Positions 1 to 13,158 of a stretch of DNA of 64,000 bases are shown here, in pieces. The DNA comes from the human T2T-CHM13v2.0 reference genome, Homo sapiens: the NCBI RefSeq assembly GCF_009914755.1, contig NC_060929.1, one strand, 5' to 3'. A program made the translations under genes and the position numbers. The notes beneath the pieces were generated by a model. The model was not told where the DNA came from. It did not search any database and was given only the letters and a program-made list of their open reading frames with translations. The number at the start of each line of letters is the position of its first letter. The stretch's first letter is position 1.

Positions 1-260
1 TTGCTATTGTAAACTGTGCTGCAGTAAACTTACATGTATATGTGTCTTTATAGTAGAATGATGTATAATCCTTTGGGTATATACCCAGTAATGAAATTGC
101 TGGGTCCAACGGTATTTCTGGTTCTATATCCTTGAGGAATCGCCACACTGTCTTCCACAATGGTTGAACTAATTTACACTCTCACAGACATTGTAAAAGT
201 GTTTCTATATCTCCACAGCCTTGCCAGCATCTGTTGTTTCCTGACCTTTTAATAATCACA
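1..260 (-). mobile_element. L1PA-type 3' fragment (runs off window edge)
   Basis: Antisense L1 ORF2-end/3'UTR sequence (ttgggtatatacccagtaatg...ttccacaatggttgaactaatttacact); paralogous to 5727-6428 and 29189-29886. Confidence 0.85.
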
Positions 261-520
261 TACTAAATCTTCTCAATATATAATATCATATAGCCACAGC
301 TCTCAGGAAAGAAATCTGTAGAAAGTGATATCTTTTCAGGAGAAATCTTTGACAGCATTCATGGCTGATTGTATTACATGTTAATGACAATGCAATTTTT
401 CCTGGAGCTTCATCACTATTCTTAAAGTACATTACTATTCATAATGTACATTTGGAGACTGCCTAGAAAAATGTGGTCTCTGATTGGTGCTCCTTAAGTG
501 GTGACAAGATACCTACGAAA

Positions 521-799
521 GAAACAGAGTCTCACTCCGTTGCCCAGTCTGAAATGTAGTGGCGCAATCTCTGCTCACTGCAAGCTCCGCCTCCCAGGTT
601 CATGCTATTCTCCTGCCTCGGTCTCCTGAGTATCTGGGAATAGAAGCGCCTGCCACCACACCCAGCTAATGTTTGTATTTTTAGCAGAGACCGGGTTTCA
701 CCGTGTTAATCATGATGGTCTCGATCTCCTGCCCTCGAGACTGGGTGCCTCGGCCTCCCAAAGTGCTGGGATTACAGGCGTGGGCCACCGCGCCCGGCC
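521..799 (-). mobile_element. AluY-like element lacking its poly(A) tail
   Basis: Reverse-complement Alu from acagagtctcactc to cgcccggcc with gcaagctccgcctcc AluY-type feature. Confidence 0.9.
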
Positions 800-1874
800 C
801 GTACTTGACTATTTTCCAAAATTGACTATTTTGGGAAAAGCTTAACGTCCTCACTGCCTGCCTTTGCCCCCCACAAGTAATTAGCATATGTCTAAATAAA
901 GTTTAAGCAAGCTAGCTCCACTATTCCCAAGCACATATTATCTGGGTCTAGTCTTTAGAAGTATAAAGTGCAAATCTTACATCTATACAAAAAGTTGTAC
1001 CCAAACTGGAAAGGCTTAAATGATCAATTGATGGATTTGTGTTTCCTACGGAAGAGGGTACAAAGCAGAGTGCTAATATATGTATATAGGGGAGAGGAGG
1101 TCAGGGCTTTTATGAAATGAATGCAGTCCAATCTTGGGAAGAGTTTCTTAAGTAGCATGAATGTTAGAGAGACGATTCATGACATTTCAACTTATTGCCA
1201 TGTCTAAAAATATCAAGACATAGCCAGCAGTTTTTAAAAAATACATTTTTCTCAATGAAACTATTATTGAGACAGAGGAGGTTTTTCCTTTATTTATTTA
1301 TTTTCCAATGACTTAGTTTTCTTAGTCACATATTCAAGGGAGCATACTGCTGTTTGGCAAAATGTGAGAATTCCACATCCTGTTTTTGTTTGTTTTTAAA
1401 GATGAAAGAGCTGAACAACCATGTTTTGTGTTAGACATACCACCAGATTATTCAAATTTCTTTAGAATCATACTCCAAAAATTAAACTATGATTTAGTTT
1501 CAAAAATTGTCTGTAGTGTTCTGTGAATTGACAGCTCATTAGGACATTCTTTAGTTTGGCTGAAACCAAAAAACCTGAAACCGTCAAAATGGAAAAAAAT
1601 GGAGTTTGCCAAATTCTGCTTCTTACACGTTCACCTACCATGCCATGTTCAAATATTGTACTTGATAAGTATTGGAAACTTAAGGTACTGTTAATTTCAA
1701 TAGAGTTTCACCAAAGTAGTATTTTTTGTGATAAAGCCATAATCTCATCAGTAATGCCTTTCTAAAAGATCCAACAGAAAATATGAACTAGCAACTCATC
1801 ATGACAAGAAAGTAAAACTCAGGAAAAATCCTAAGGCAGAGCAGCTTCAGGCTTCAGTGTGAAACTATCATAGT

Positions 1875-2235
<361 letters not shown>

Positions 2236-2510
2236 TTATTTTCAGAGTATTTGATAAAACACTTGTTTCCCTGTGAGTTAGAGACGTTTTTCTCAGACAC
2301 TGAAGTTTTCTAATGTGCAACTTCATAAAATATCTCATTTTTACTGTAAATAGTTTCTTTATTGTTGTGAAATGTGAACTTTGCAATTCTGTGAGGAAGA
2401 CTGAATTCTGAAATGCCCCCTGCATTTCCCACCCCTCAGAGACTCACCCTGTGTCTGCCCCTCCCTTGGGTGTGGGCAGAACCACGAATTGATGAGCCCG
2501 CCCAAATCCC

Positions 2511-2586
2511 TGATTAGATTAGGGATATCCTGAACCAATAGCTGCTAAGGGCTGGGTCTAATTCAATCATCTGAGCTCTTTATAAG
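2511..2586 (+). promoter_or_regulatory. TAF11L promoter cassette: two DUX4-type motifs, CCAAT, TATA-like
   Basis: TGATTAGATTA 2511-2521 (rc TAATCTAATCA), CCAAT ~2535, TAATTCAATCA 2559-2569, TTTATAAG 2579-2586; fits DUX4 consensus TAAYBBAATCA. Confidence 0.75.
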
Positions 2587-2940
2587 GGAGGACTGAACCT
2601 CCCTGAGATTACATTCCCCCGTGGGAGATTCCCCAGCACTGGCTGTGCAGACCTAGGGAGCCTCACAGCCCAGACCTGGGCAACACTTGTAGGAGCTGAG
2701 AGCATCCTCACAGCAGCAGGCAGAACAAACAAGTGGGCCTGGGGCTCACAACCCTAAGGCATTGAATTCTGCCACCAACACGAATGAGATTGAAGACAGA
2801 CCCTTCTCACGTGAAGGTAATGACCACACAGCCAGACCCATCCTGGAGGTCCGTCATGTGACTCTGAGCAGGAGGCAGTCACTTGGCCTAGCAGTACTTC
2901 TGACCTGTGAGCTGGTGTTTGTTTTAAATATCCAAAATTG

Positions 2941-3133
2941 GTGAGAATTTATTCTGCATTGATCTAAAACTAATATACTCTCCATCCACAAGTTTCTTCA
3001 CATTGTGGAAGTGAGAACATTCAGTGTGTGTGTTTGCGTGTGGGAAGGGGAGGCAGGGGGCTGTGTCCAGTTATGGTTAAACTGGCACAGCAGAAACACA
3101 GCAGCTCAACTCTTTGAAAGGTTCTCATTGCAG
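2941..3133 (+). other. Candidate 5'UTR intron of TAF11L
   Basis: Donor-like TTG|GTGAGA at 2941 and acceptor-like TTCTCATTGCAG|AT at 3133; GTGAGA and the AG are retained in the other three + strand copies; no transcript evidence. Confidence 0.4.
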
Positions 3134-3208
3134 ATCCATAATCGAACCACCCCAGCCAGAACTTCTGCCTGTACAGCTGCTGTCACGGAGCAGACTTGAA
3201 TCTCACCC

Positions 3209-3802
3209 ATGGAGACAGGCAGGCAAAGAGGTGCGTCTGCTGAGATGTTCGCCATGCCCCAAGGTCTGAAGGGCAGCAACAAGGATGGAATCCCTGAGGA
3301 CCTAGATGGGAACTTGGAAGAACCCAGGGATCAGGAAAGTGAGCTCAGAAGTCAGGATGTCATGGACCTCACAGAAGGTGACAATGAAGCATCAGCCTCA
3401 GCTCCTCCTGCAGCCAAAAGACAGAAAACAGATACCAAGGGGAAGAAGGAGAGGAAGCCCACCGTGGATGCAGAGGAGGCTCAGATGACAACCCTGCTGT
3501 ATGCCATGTCTGAGGAGCAGCTATCCCGCTACGAAGTGTGTCGCCGGTCAGCTTTCCCAAAAGCACGCATTGCAGCTCTGATGCAGTCTATCACTGGCAG
3601 ATCGGTGTCTGAGAACACCGCCATTGCCATGGCTGGAATAGCTAAGGTCTTGGTTGGAGAGGTGGTGGAAGAGGCCCTGGACGTGTGCGAGATGTGGGGA
3701 GAAACGCCCCCGCTGCAGCCCAAGCATTTAAGGGAGGCCGTTCGCAGGTTAAAGCCCAAGGGCCTCTTCCCCAACAGCAACTATAAAAAAATCATGTTCT
3801 AA
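3209..3802 (+). CDS. TAF11L12: TAF11-like protein (197 aa), uninterrupted retrogene ORF
   Basis: TAF11 histone-fold signature [18 protein letters not shown]...[43 protein letters not shown]; family call firm, paralog number inferred from order relative to H3Y1. Confidence 0.85.
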
Positions 3803-4053
3803 GCCCAAGGCCAGAGGGAAGGGTCTGTTTGTGCAGGAATAAGTATCGCATTCATCTTCCAATGACAGGACTGCATTTGCTGGAGCTTCCTTATCTCAGT
3901 CCACCCTGGATTCACCCACAATCTTAGTGTCTGAAACTGTGAAGTTGACCTTACCTAGGTGAAGACAGCAGATTGTTTCACAGTAGCCTTGGCTAAATGT
4001 TTGGGACTCCAGGGGCATATTGAGGCATTTTTCTCTGTCTTTCTAGTTGGAAG

Positions 4054-4316
4054 AATAAAGGTGCCTGGGCCTTGAGCATCCTGTGGACAGGTAGCTGCAT
4101 TTGGAGAGGGAAACCCTTTCCAGGAGATTTGTACGGTTTCATTCTGAAGCCTGGTGTTGCTGTGTCTTACCTTGTATGCTGATGTCTGGGTTTCAGTAAG
4201 CGAAGCCTCCAGAAATGTTTCCCAATTGTTGTCCTCCTCTGATTTTCAATGCTCATATGTATTTGTTTTAGTCATCACAAAAGCAGTTAAACTGTTTTCC
4301 AAACTGCAGAAATAAA
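4054..4316 (+). terminator. Candidate poly(A) signals of TAF11L copy
   Basis: AATAAA at 4054 and 4311 (latter followed by T-rich tract); another at 4804. Confidence 0.45.
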
Positions 4317-5726
4317 AATATAATCACAAAGAATTTTTTTTTCTCCATGTTGACTCTTCCATTCCTGCCTACTTTGCTTACGTCAGCAAGTGGCCCTGTA
4401 GTTTAATCATAATGCAATACAGTATAGGTGCATCGTGTAAGACTAGAGAGAAACCAATTCCAAAACCACCTTTCCTCAAGCCTCCATTTGTAATGATCAT
4501 ATGGGCAGTTCCAAAGACACAGACAGAGCCAATTGATACTGCATGTTCGCTACACATGGTTATTTTACCAGTGCTTCCGGAGACACTGAAATTTAGTTCC
4601 AAACATTCCTTTAGAGGAGTCTTGATTTTATTCATTCTACCAATGAGCCACTCAGGAAATCAAACCTGAGTACAGAGACATTGGAGAAGTCGTTAAAGTA
4701 TTGGACCAAGTAGGTTCATCATGAGTGACAAAGTTATTTCACACTCTACTTGTACATACTCTGCTTTACCTTTATGATGGAAAAGAGTAATTTTTCATTA
4801 TAGAATAAAGACCTGAGAGTTATTATAGAATCACTGTGACCCTTCCAAGCACAGCTCACCAATATCCACGGTGCTGTTTCTGTCTGTTTACCTTTGCCAT
4901 GTGTCCCCTGAATCACAGAGTGTAAGCAAAAAGTATCAAAAAGACCCCATAGTTCAGCTCTAATATTGAATGGAGAATAATATTTACTCTTTCTTCCTGA
5001 AGCCAAAGATACCCCCATAAAATATAGTTTTATTTCCTCATACACTCAGCTTTTGCTCTGAAAATAGGACTTATTGTACATAGAATCTGCCTTTGGGTAT
5101 CACACAAATTTCTAAACTTTACCAAGTATGGGGAAATTCTGTGTCATACCTCCATATTCTGACATGGTTTAGCTTTCCTTTTATTTCACCAACTTTCTTG
5201 TAAAGGCATCTAACAAGTTAGACCATTGCGTCTGAGAGACACAAGGAGGGTACAGGTTCTTGGAAGAACTGATGGAGATGGGAGGGCTCTCTCAGGAATT
5301 AAAGTGCTGGAGCAACCAAAACAAGTAAGATCCAAGAGACTTAATATCTCCCAGTCTTTAGATTGCTCTCAGCTCATTCCTTTTCCATGGCACTGAGGAG
5401 TCATGGAAGCTGTATTTTGTCAGATGTTACAGGTCTAGCACTTTCTGAACAGTAGAGGAAAAGAGAACCTGGCCCAAGCAGCCTGAGGTGGAGAGAAGCA
5501 TCTGTAGAGAGTAGTGCTATGGTGATTCCACACACAAGCCTATAACATTTCTCTGGCCTCTCATGGAACTCAATATTTTGAATGGGGTCTGAGTAAAGCT
5601 GAACTGCTGAAGACAGAAACAAGTTCCCATCAAGGTCTCAGAGGTCAGGTCAGGAGCAGGAACACAGTGTTGTTTTCTCAGAGAGGAAAATTGGATTAGC
5701 TGAGAAGGTTCAGCGTCCTTACAGAT

Positions 5727-6428
5727 TCTTTTTTTTCTTTTTTACTTTATGTTATGGGATACATGTGCAGAATGTGCAGGTTTGTAACAAAGCTTTACAT
5801 GTTCCCTAGTGGTTTGCTGCACCAATCAACCCATCATCTAGGCTTTAAGCTCCGCATGCATTGGGATTTTTCCTAATGCTCTCCTTTCCCTTGCCTCCCA
5901 CCCCTTGACAGGCCACGTTGTGTGATGTTCCCCTTTCTGTGTCCATGTGTTCTCATTGATCAACTCCCACTTATGAGTGAGAACATATGGTGTTTGGTTT
6001 TCTGTTCCTGTATTAGTTTGCTGAGAATGATGGTTTCCAGTGTCATCCATGTCACCGCAAAGAACACGAACTCATTCTTTTTTATGGCTGAATAGTATTC
6101 CCTGGTGTATATATGCCACATGGTCATTATCCAGTCTATCATTGATGGGCATTTGGGTTGGTTCCAAGTCTTTGCTATTGTAAACTGTGCTGCAATGTAT
6201 CATGTGTATGTGTCTTTATAGTAGAATGATTTATAATCCTTTGGGTATATACACAGTAATGAGATGGCTGGGTCCAATGGTATTTCTGGTTCTAGATCCT
6301 TGAGGAATCACCACACTGTCTTCCACAATGGTTGAACTAATTTACACTCTCACAGACATTGTAAAAGTGTTTCTATATCTCCACAGCCTTGCCAACATCT
6401 GTTGTTTTCTGACTTTTTAATAATCACA
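5727..6428 (-). mobile_element. 5'-truncated L1PA 3' end
   Basis: poly(T) then gggatacatgtgcagaatgtgcaggtttg; minus ORFs give L1 ORF2 C-terminus-like WHIYTREYYSAIKKNEF. Confidence 0.9.
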
Positions 6429-6999
6429 TACTAAATGTTCTCAATATATAGTATCATATAGTCACTGCTCTCAGGAAAGAAATCTGTAGAAAGTGGTACC
6501 TTTCCAGGAGAAATCTTTGACAGCTTTCATGGCTGATTGTATTACATGTTAATGACAATGAATTTTTTCCTGGAGCTTCATCACTATTCTTAAAGTCTAT
6601 CTCATAATGTGCATTTGGAGACTGCATAGAAAAATGTGGTCTCTGATTGGTGCTGGTAAAGTGGTGACAAGATACCTAACAAATAAAGTGACTGTACTTG
6701 ACTATTTTCTATCATTTTCTATTTTGGGATAAGCTTAACATCCTCACTGCCTACCTTTGCCCCCACAAAATGCCTAAATAAAGTTTAAGTAGGCTAGCTC
6801 CACTATTCCAAGCACATATTATCTAGGGTCTAATCTTTAGAAGTATAAAGTACAAAGCTTACAAGTACAACTACACTAAAATTTGTACCCAAACTAGAAA
6901 GGCTTAAATGATCAACTGATGGATTTTTGTTTCCTATGGAAGAAGGTACAAAGCAGAGCACTAATATACATATATAGGGGAGAAGAGGCCAGGGCTTTT

Positions 7000-7331
7000 A
7001 TGGATGGCACAGAGCTAGGTGTCTTCAAAGAGGTGCAACAGGTAAGCCTCACTGGGCTCCTGCAGGTCGCCAATGGTAGCGCTTGGAAGCGCAGGACGAG
7101 GATGATGGCCTGGGAGATCTTGCGCACCAGGCGCTGGAAGGGCAGCTTGAGGAGTAACAGCTGCATGGACTTCTGGTACTTTCTGATTTCGCGCATTGTC
7201 AGGCCTGTAGCGGTGAGGCTTCTTGATCCCTCCTGTAGGCCGCGCCCTTTTGCTGGCGGCTTTAGTGGCCAGGGTCTTTGTGGTGCCTGCCAGGCGGTGG
7301 CTTTGCTGGCTGTTGGCTTGGTGCATGCAGT
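7000..7331 (-). pseudogene. H3.Y-like pseudogene, 3' truncated
   Basis: [24 protein letters not shown] and [21 protein letters not shown] in different frames; ATG replaced by ACT, ~8 nt deletion, cut after CAIH-equivalent codons. Confidence 0.9.
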
Positions 7332-7663
7332 GACCTGGGGCTGTGGTCTCTCTCCTGTCCTTGGGCTGAGCCAGGTTAACTGGAGGCAGCGCTGGTTTCA
7401 GACTGCAATGATGGTGGGGCTGTGGACAAAAATCAGAGAGTCTGGGAGTTGAGATTCATGCAAAAGACTCTTCAGACACTTAACCCCTTCCAAACCAGCC
7501 CCAGACTTACCAGCTCGCAAGTGTGTGGGTCAGAGGTCCTGCTGCTCGGTCTCCCGGGGGTCCTGGGCTTCCTTGGTCTACACATCAGCTGTGGTAAATC
7601 TCCCTCCCCCGAGGCAGCCTGGCTCTGGCTGGACATCTGTGTAGTCTCAGCCAAGTCCAGCCT

Positions 7664-7770
7664 ATTATAAGGGGCTCAGATGATTGCATTAGACCCACGC
7701 AGCTACCTTCCATTGCTCTCACTGCTTCGCCAGACCCTCAACCTCATCAGGGTTGTGAAAACACAATCAA
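7664..7770 (-). promoter_or_regulatory. H3.Y-type promoter cassette
   Basis: ttataag ~7665 and TGATTGCATTA 7681-7691 (rc TAATGCAATCA); homologous to 48070-48175. Confidence 0.6.
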
Positions 7771-8549
7771 GTCCTGGGTTCTGCATGCAGCCCTGGAAGG
7801 GCTGAACCTCTGGACTGTGCCTCATGGGAGAGATGATAGGTGAGAGTTAGCTAGAATCTAGGTGCCAAAGAGATCCCAAAAGTTTACATTTCACGATCAT
7901 CATGGAAGTTACAATGAAAAAGACATTTCAATACAGTTGCACATTAGATGACTTCCGTGACTGCCGCAAAACACCAAGGGTGCCATCGTGAGGTGTCTCT
8001 CAGGTTCTCTGAGGATGAGTTGAAACCGGGAGGGATGGATGGAAAATCAAAAAGGTCACTCTTCTATTAGGGATGCTCCGGGGGACAGGTTTTCTCCCCC
8101 AAAGTGATATTCGTGGAAATTTGGGGGTAGCCTTTGGGGGAAGCTGAGACTTTTTGATCAAACGGTCATATATGCCTGTCACTGAGGCATCCTGGCTCCT
8201 TTTTTTACCTTGACGCCAGGGCTGAGCCTTGTTTCCATTGCCCATTTTGGAAATGGCATGAGGCCCAGTGAAGGCCCTGAGTTCACTGCACTGCTGAACC
8301 CAGGTCACAGCTGCTACCTTCATACTTCTGGCTCCATGAGAACAAGTAAAGCAAACAAAAACAAACAAACAATCAAACAATACACATACAAAAGGCCCCT
8401 ATTTTGATACACTATTAACAGGCTTCTCTGATACTTGTAGTAGAAATTGAATGCCCTTCTATGCAATGCACAGACCATGCCCAGAACAGGAAATCCCATG
8501 ATAATCAATACTCACAAAATAAGTTCACATTTTAAAAAAAGTTTTAAAA

Positions 8550-10460
8550 GGAGAGCTACTTTTGTAGAAAACCTTAAGTTCACAGCAAAATCAGGCAGAA
8601 GGAGCAGAGGTTTCCCTTATCCCCTTTCCCCACATATGCATAGCCCCCTTGACTATCAACTTTCTGCTCCAGAGTAGTATGTTGGCTACAGTCATTCAAC
8701 CTGCATGGACACATCACTCTGACTCCAAGACCATAGCTCTCCTTAGGGACTTACTTGGGTGTTGTACATTCTATGGACTCGAGCAAAGGTGTAATTACAT
8801 GTATCCACCGTTATTGCATTCTGTGGACTAGTTTCACTTCTGTACAAATGCACTGTGTCCCATCTCTGCACTCCCCCTTGACCCTCGGTCTCTTGCAACC
8901 ACTCAACTATTGATTTATTTCTTTTTATTTAAAATACACACATCTCATTGTATATATTTCTTATGTACATAATGCTGTTATAAAGTATGAACACATTGTC
9001 TAATATCTAAATTAGGTAACTGACAGCCATTAGCTGACATACGTATTATTGTGGTGAGAACATTTCACATCCAGGCTAATAGCACTTCTCAAGAATATGA
9101 TCTATTGTTAAATTATAGTCACCGTGTTGTAATATAGTCCTTGAGCTTATTCTCCCTATATAACTGAAATGCTGTGTATTTCGACAAATGTCTTCTCAAT
9201 CCTTCACCCACAGCCACCCAGCCCCTGACAACCAGAATTCTTCTTTTTGACATCTATTAGATTAACTTTGTGAGATTCCACATATCATTGAGATGACGTG
9301 GTATTTGTCTTCCTACACCTGGCTTATTTCACGTAGCATGATGTTCTCCAGGTGCACCCATGTGTCACAAATGACAAGATGTCCTTCTTTAAGACTGCAT
9401 AGTATTCCATTGTGCATGTATATCAGATTTACCCCATCCTGTCATCCAGTTTTGGACATTTAGGTGAATTCCATATCTTAGCTATTGTGACTTAACATGG
9501 GAGTGCAGATATCTCTTCAATACTGATTTAATTTCCTTTTGGTATATACCTGGCAGTGTGGGATTGCTGGATCATATGGTAGCTCTATTCTTTCCATTTT
9601 TGGAGGAATGTCCATCCTGCTTTCTATAATGGCTGTCCTAATTTACGTTCCCATGAATAGTGCAAGGGTTCCCTTTCCTCCACATCCTCATCAACAAGTG
9701 TTGTCTTTTGACTTTTTGATCATAGACATCCTAATGAGTGTGAGGTGGTATCTTCTTTCAGTTTTAACTTACATTTCTCTGATGATTAGCGATGTTGAGC
9801 ATATATACGTATATACATACCAGTTGGCCACTGTATGTCTTCTTTTCAGAAAGGTATGTCATTTAGGTCCTTTGCCCGGTTTTTAAATTGTGTTTTTTCT
9901 TGCTATTGAGTCATTTGAGTTCCTAGAGTATTTTGGACAGTAATTAATCCCTTATATGATGTAGTGTTTGCAAATATTTTCTCTCATTTTGATTTTGTCT
10001 CTTCATGATGTTTATTGTCTTGTCGGCTTTGCAGATTTTTTTTTTTTAAGTTGGATGCAATCCATCTGTCTATTCACCCTTTTGTTGTCTGTGCTTTTGG
10101 GTCATATACCAAAAGTTTTTGGCTTAACCAGAGTCAATGAGGATGTCCCCTGTTTTCTTCTAGTTGGTTTATACTTTCTAGTTTTTAATTTATTTGGATT
10201 TATTCTTGTGTACAGTAAGATATAGGGGTCCAATTTCATTTTTCTTCATGTGGCTACCAGGTTTCCCTATCGCCATTGATGGAAGAAACTGTGGTTTTGT
10301 GGTGGTGAGTTGTTGGCACCCTTTTAAACTATCAGTTGGCTGTATATGGATGGACTGATTTCTAGACTCTCTGCTCTGATCCGGTGGCTTAAGTGTCTGT
10401 TTTTATGCCAGTGTTATGCCATTTTGGTTCCTACAGATTGATAGCATACTTTGAAGATAG
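8550..10460 (-). mobile_element. Old L1M-type fragments
   Basis: Degenerate antisense L1 3' sequence (aagttcacagcaaaa..., ggattgctggatcatatggtagctctatt); paralogs at 13870-15530, 31870-33770, 57985-59930. Confidence 0.75.
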
Positions 10461-11509
10461 AAAACCATGAAATCTTTTTGTTTTCTCTTTGTATTTGCCA
10501 CTGACATCATCACTCAGAGAGATTTCCAAGGAGATACTGATTCTTTGCTTTTTCAGTTTTTTTCTCATTGTGAAGATAGAGTGATGACATTGAATTTTCT
10601 TAGGAGTCACCCCAAAAACTGGAACTCCATTTTATTTTTGCTATATATTTATTATCATTTATCTTATATATATGGTATTTGGCAATTACATGTCAGTACA
10701 ATTACAAATAGGCTTCAATTACACAAAATATTTAATGCTCAAATCCTACAGTGAGAGGACATTATATTTTTAATACAGTAATCTGCAAAATAAACTAAAA
10801 ATAAAACATCATGTAGTATAAGGATATATTGTTATTGTATGCATTTCTGTTTTAGACATGCATGAAACACACATCAATATGTTCTTCCAGCCATTAATAT
10901 AGGTTACATTGGGACCAGCTCTTTGGAGGCGAATGTGTGGAAATGAATGAAGATATTTGACAGGGTCTCTGGGGTTTGTGTTTCTCTGTGTAGTTTTTCA
11001 TGCAGCTCCTACAGGGTTCTACCCTCCTAACATCATGAAAGATCACTCCATGACATAAAACAATCTTGGTCCGAATGTGAAAAAACCCATTTTAGAGGAA
11101 AAACTAATTTTTAATTTCATTTTTATTTTTGCAAGCTGAAAAACAGTTGGTTGATTTCCCAGGAAAAGTTATGGAAAAGTATTAAATGTTTACAAGGTAA
11201 CTATTCCAGTGCTCTTAGAAAGCCCGGGACCTTCTGGATAGAGTATTGTAAGGGAAGACTTACTGTTTGTTTTATCTCCTTAAAATCACATTTGAGCAAA
11301 AACATCCAAAGTCATAGCAACTTCAGGATTCAGTGTGAATCCACCATAGTCTCTTAAAAGGATGTCTTTTTTCTCTCTGAAAACAGCTCCCCGTCCACAG
11401 GATGCCCAAGGCCCATGCTCCTTTCTTCCTCCAACTAGGAAGACCCAGAAAAGCACCCACTCATGCATGGACCTCAGAGAACCAAATATAATGACAATGA
11501 TTGTTAGTT

Positions 11510-11800
11510 TTTTGAGACAGAGTCTTACTCTGTTGGCCAGGTGGAAGGGCAGTGATGTCAATTTGGCTCCCTTTAACTTCCACCTCCACAGCTCAATCAG
11601 TCCTTCTACCTCAGCCTCCAAGTAGGTGAAACCATAGACACCAGCAACCGCACCCAGCTAATTTTTTTTTTTTTTTTTTGGAGAGGAGGTTTTGCCAACA
11701 TTCCTGGCCTGGACAGGAACTTCTGAGCTCAATCGATCTGCCGCCCTTGGCCACCCAAAATGTTGGTTTTACAGAAATGAGTCATTGTGCCTGGTCTGAG
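11510..11800 (-). mobile_element. Diverged AluJ-type element
   Basis: ttttgagacagagtcttactctg...cattgtgcctggtc; paralogs at 16400-16690, 34810-35085. Confidence 0.8.
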
Positions 11801-11874
11801 ATATAAACATGATTGAAAGGGATTATGAAACTGGCTGCTGCCTTCATCTGGGTGAGACCAATATCTTCCCAGAG

Positions 11875-12125
11875 GAAGATGATTTTTTTAGTTTATTTTG
11901 GTACTGGATGTTGGGGAAGCAGGACCTGGGTTGTCCCATGTGAAAGGCCTTTTTCCAGTGCTTGGGTGTCACAGGGGCATTTTCCCACATCTCACACATG
12001 GCCAGGGCTTCTCCTACCACCTCCCCGACAAAGTTCTGGGTCATTACAGCCATGTGCATGGCAGTAACCTGGTTCTAGGACACTGACCTGCACCTGACGG
12101 AATGCATCAGACTTCTACAGGGTGC
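11875..12125 (-). pseudogene. TAF11-like C-terminal remnant
   Basis: [24 protein letters not shown] resembles TAF11[25 protein letters not shown]. Confidence 0.85.
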
Positions 12126-12719
12126 CTCTCTCCCTTTCCCACCACAAACACGCCCACACTGGTAATTCTGCCAACCCTAATGTGAAGTGACTTATGGATA
12201 CAGAGTCTATTCATACAGAATCTATTCATATTGTAGAAAGTAGAGATCAATGTATGTTCATAGCAAACTAGGAGGAACAGCCAAGGTGACAGGGAACATT
12301 GCAAACATGGAACTGTATATGGAGAAAGCCAAAGTGTGGATCTCCTCTACTGTTTGATCAATCACAGGAGACATTATCGGTTTGACGCCTATAAGTTTCT
12401 TTGGTTTTTAATAAAATTAAGGAACCAGTTTTTTTCAGAATTGTTCTTGATTTGAACTAGTGAAACGTGTTCACTCAGACATTTCCACTTGACATGAATG
12501 CATTAACTCCTCAATGTAGATTGAAAATTTACAATTAAAAGAAAATAGAAAAACAGTCTCTACCTGTGATTTTTGCTTCGGTTTCTGTTCTCAATCGTAT
12601 GCTTAGCTACTTTTAGACCCCGTGCAGGAAATGATACTGATACTGAACACAACTTCTAACATCATATCTATCATTAACAGAGAGAAGAGGAAAAACACAA
12701 CAGGACGCAAAGGAAACCA

Positions 12720-13158
12720 TTTACAATGCAAGATTTCCCAGGAGGGCTCTTCAGCACCCTCTCCACGGAGGCTGTGGGCCAGCTGCACGTCTCTTGGCAT
12801 AATTGGGACGCTTCTGGCATGGATGACATACAGGTTGGTGTCTTCAAAGAGGCGCACCAGGTAGGCCTCATTGGTCCCCTGAAAGCACCAACGGCCACGC
12901 TCTGGAAGCCCAGGTCCCGGCTGATGGTCCGGGGGATCTCGCGCACCAGGCGCTGGAAGGTTAGCTTGTGCTGGAGCAGCTGAGTGGACTTGTGGTACTT
13001 CTGATTTCACTCAGCGCCATGGGGCCAGGTCTGCAGCTGTGAGACTTCTTGATCCATCCTCTAGAGGGCGCCCTTTTGCGGACGGCTTTTGTGGTCCGGG
13101 GCTTCCTGGGAGCCTGCCAGGTGGTGGCTTTGCAGGCGGTCTGTTTGATGGGCCCCAT
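12720..13158 (-). pseudogene. H3.Y/H3.X-like pseudogene (frameshifted, promoter deleted)
   Basis: MGPIKQTACKATTWQAPRKP... and [28 protein letters not shown] in different frames. Confidence 0.9.

Larger units (their letters stand above)
3209..12400 (+). repeat. Segmental duplication block, direct paralog of ~26674-35665 (offset about 23.3-23.5 kb)
   Basis: 3209-6999 aligns by eye with 26674-30458 and 8174-12400 with 31487-35665; the copies differ by copy-specific deletions. Confidence 0.85.

Noticed and set aside
3005-3199. Short ORFs repeated upstream of or within TAF11L copies
   Set aside because: Mostly non-ATG starts or alternative frames; recurrence explained by recent duplication
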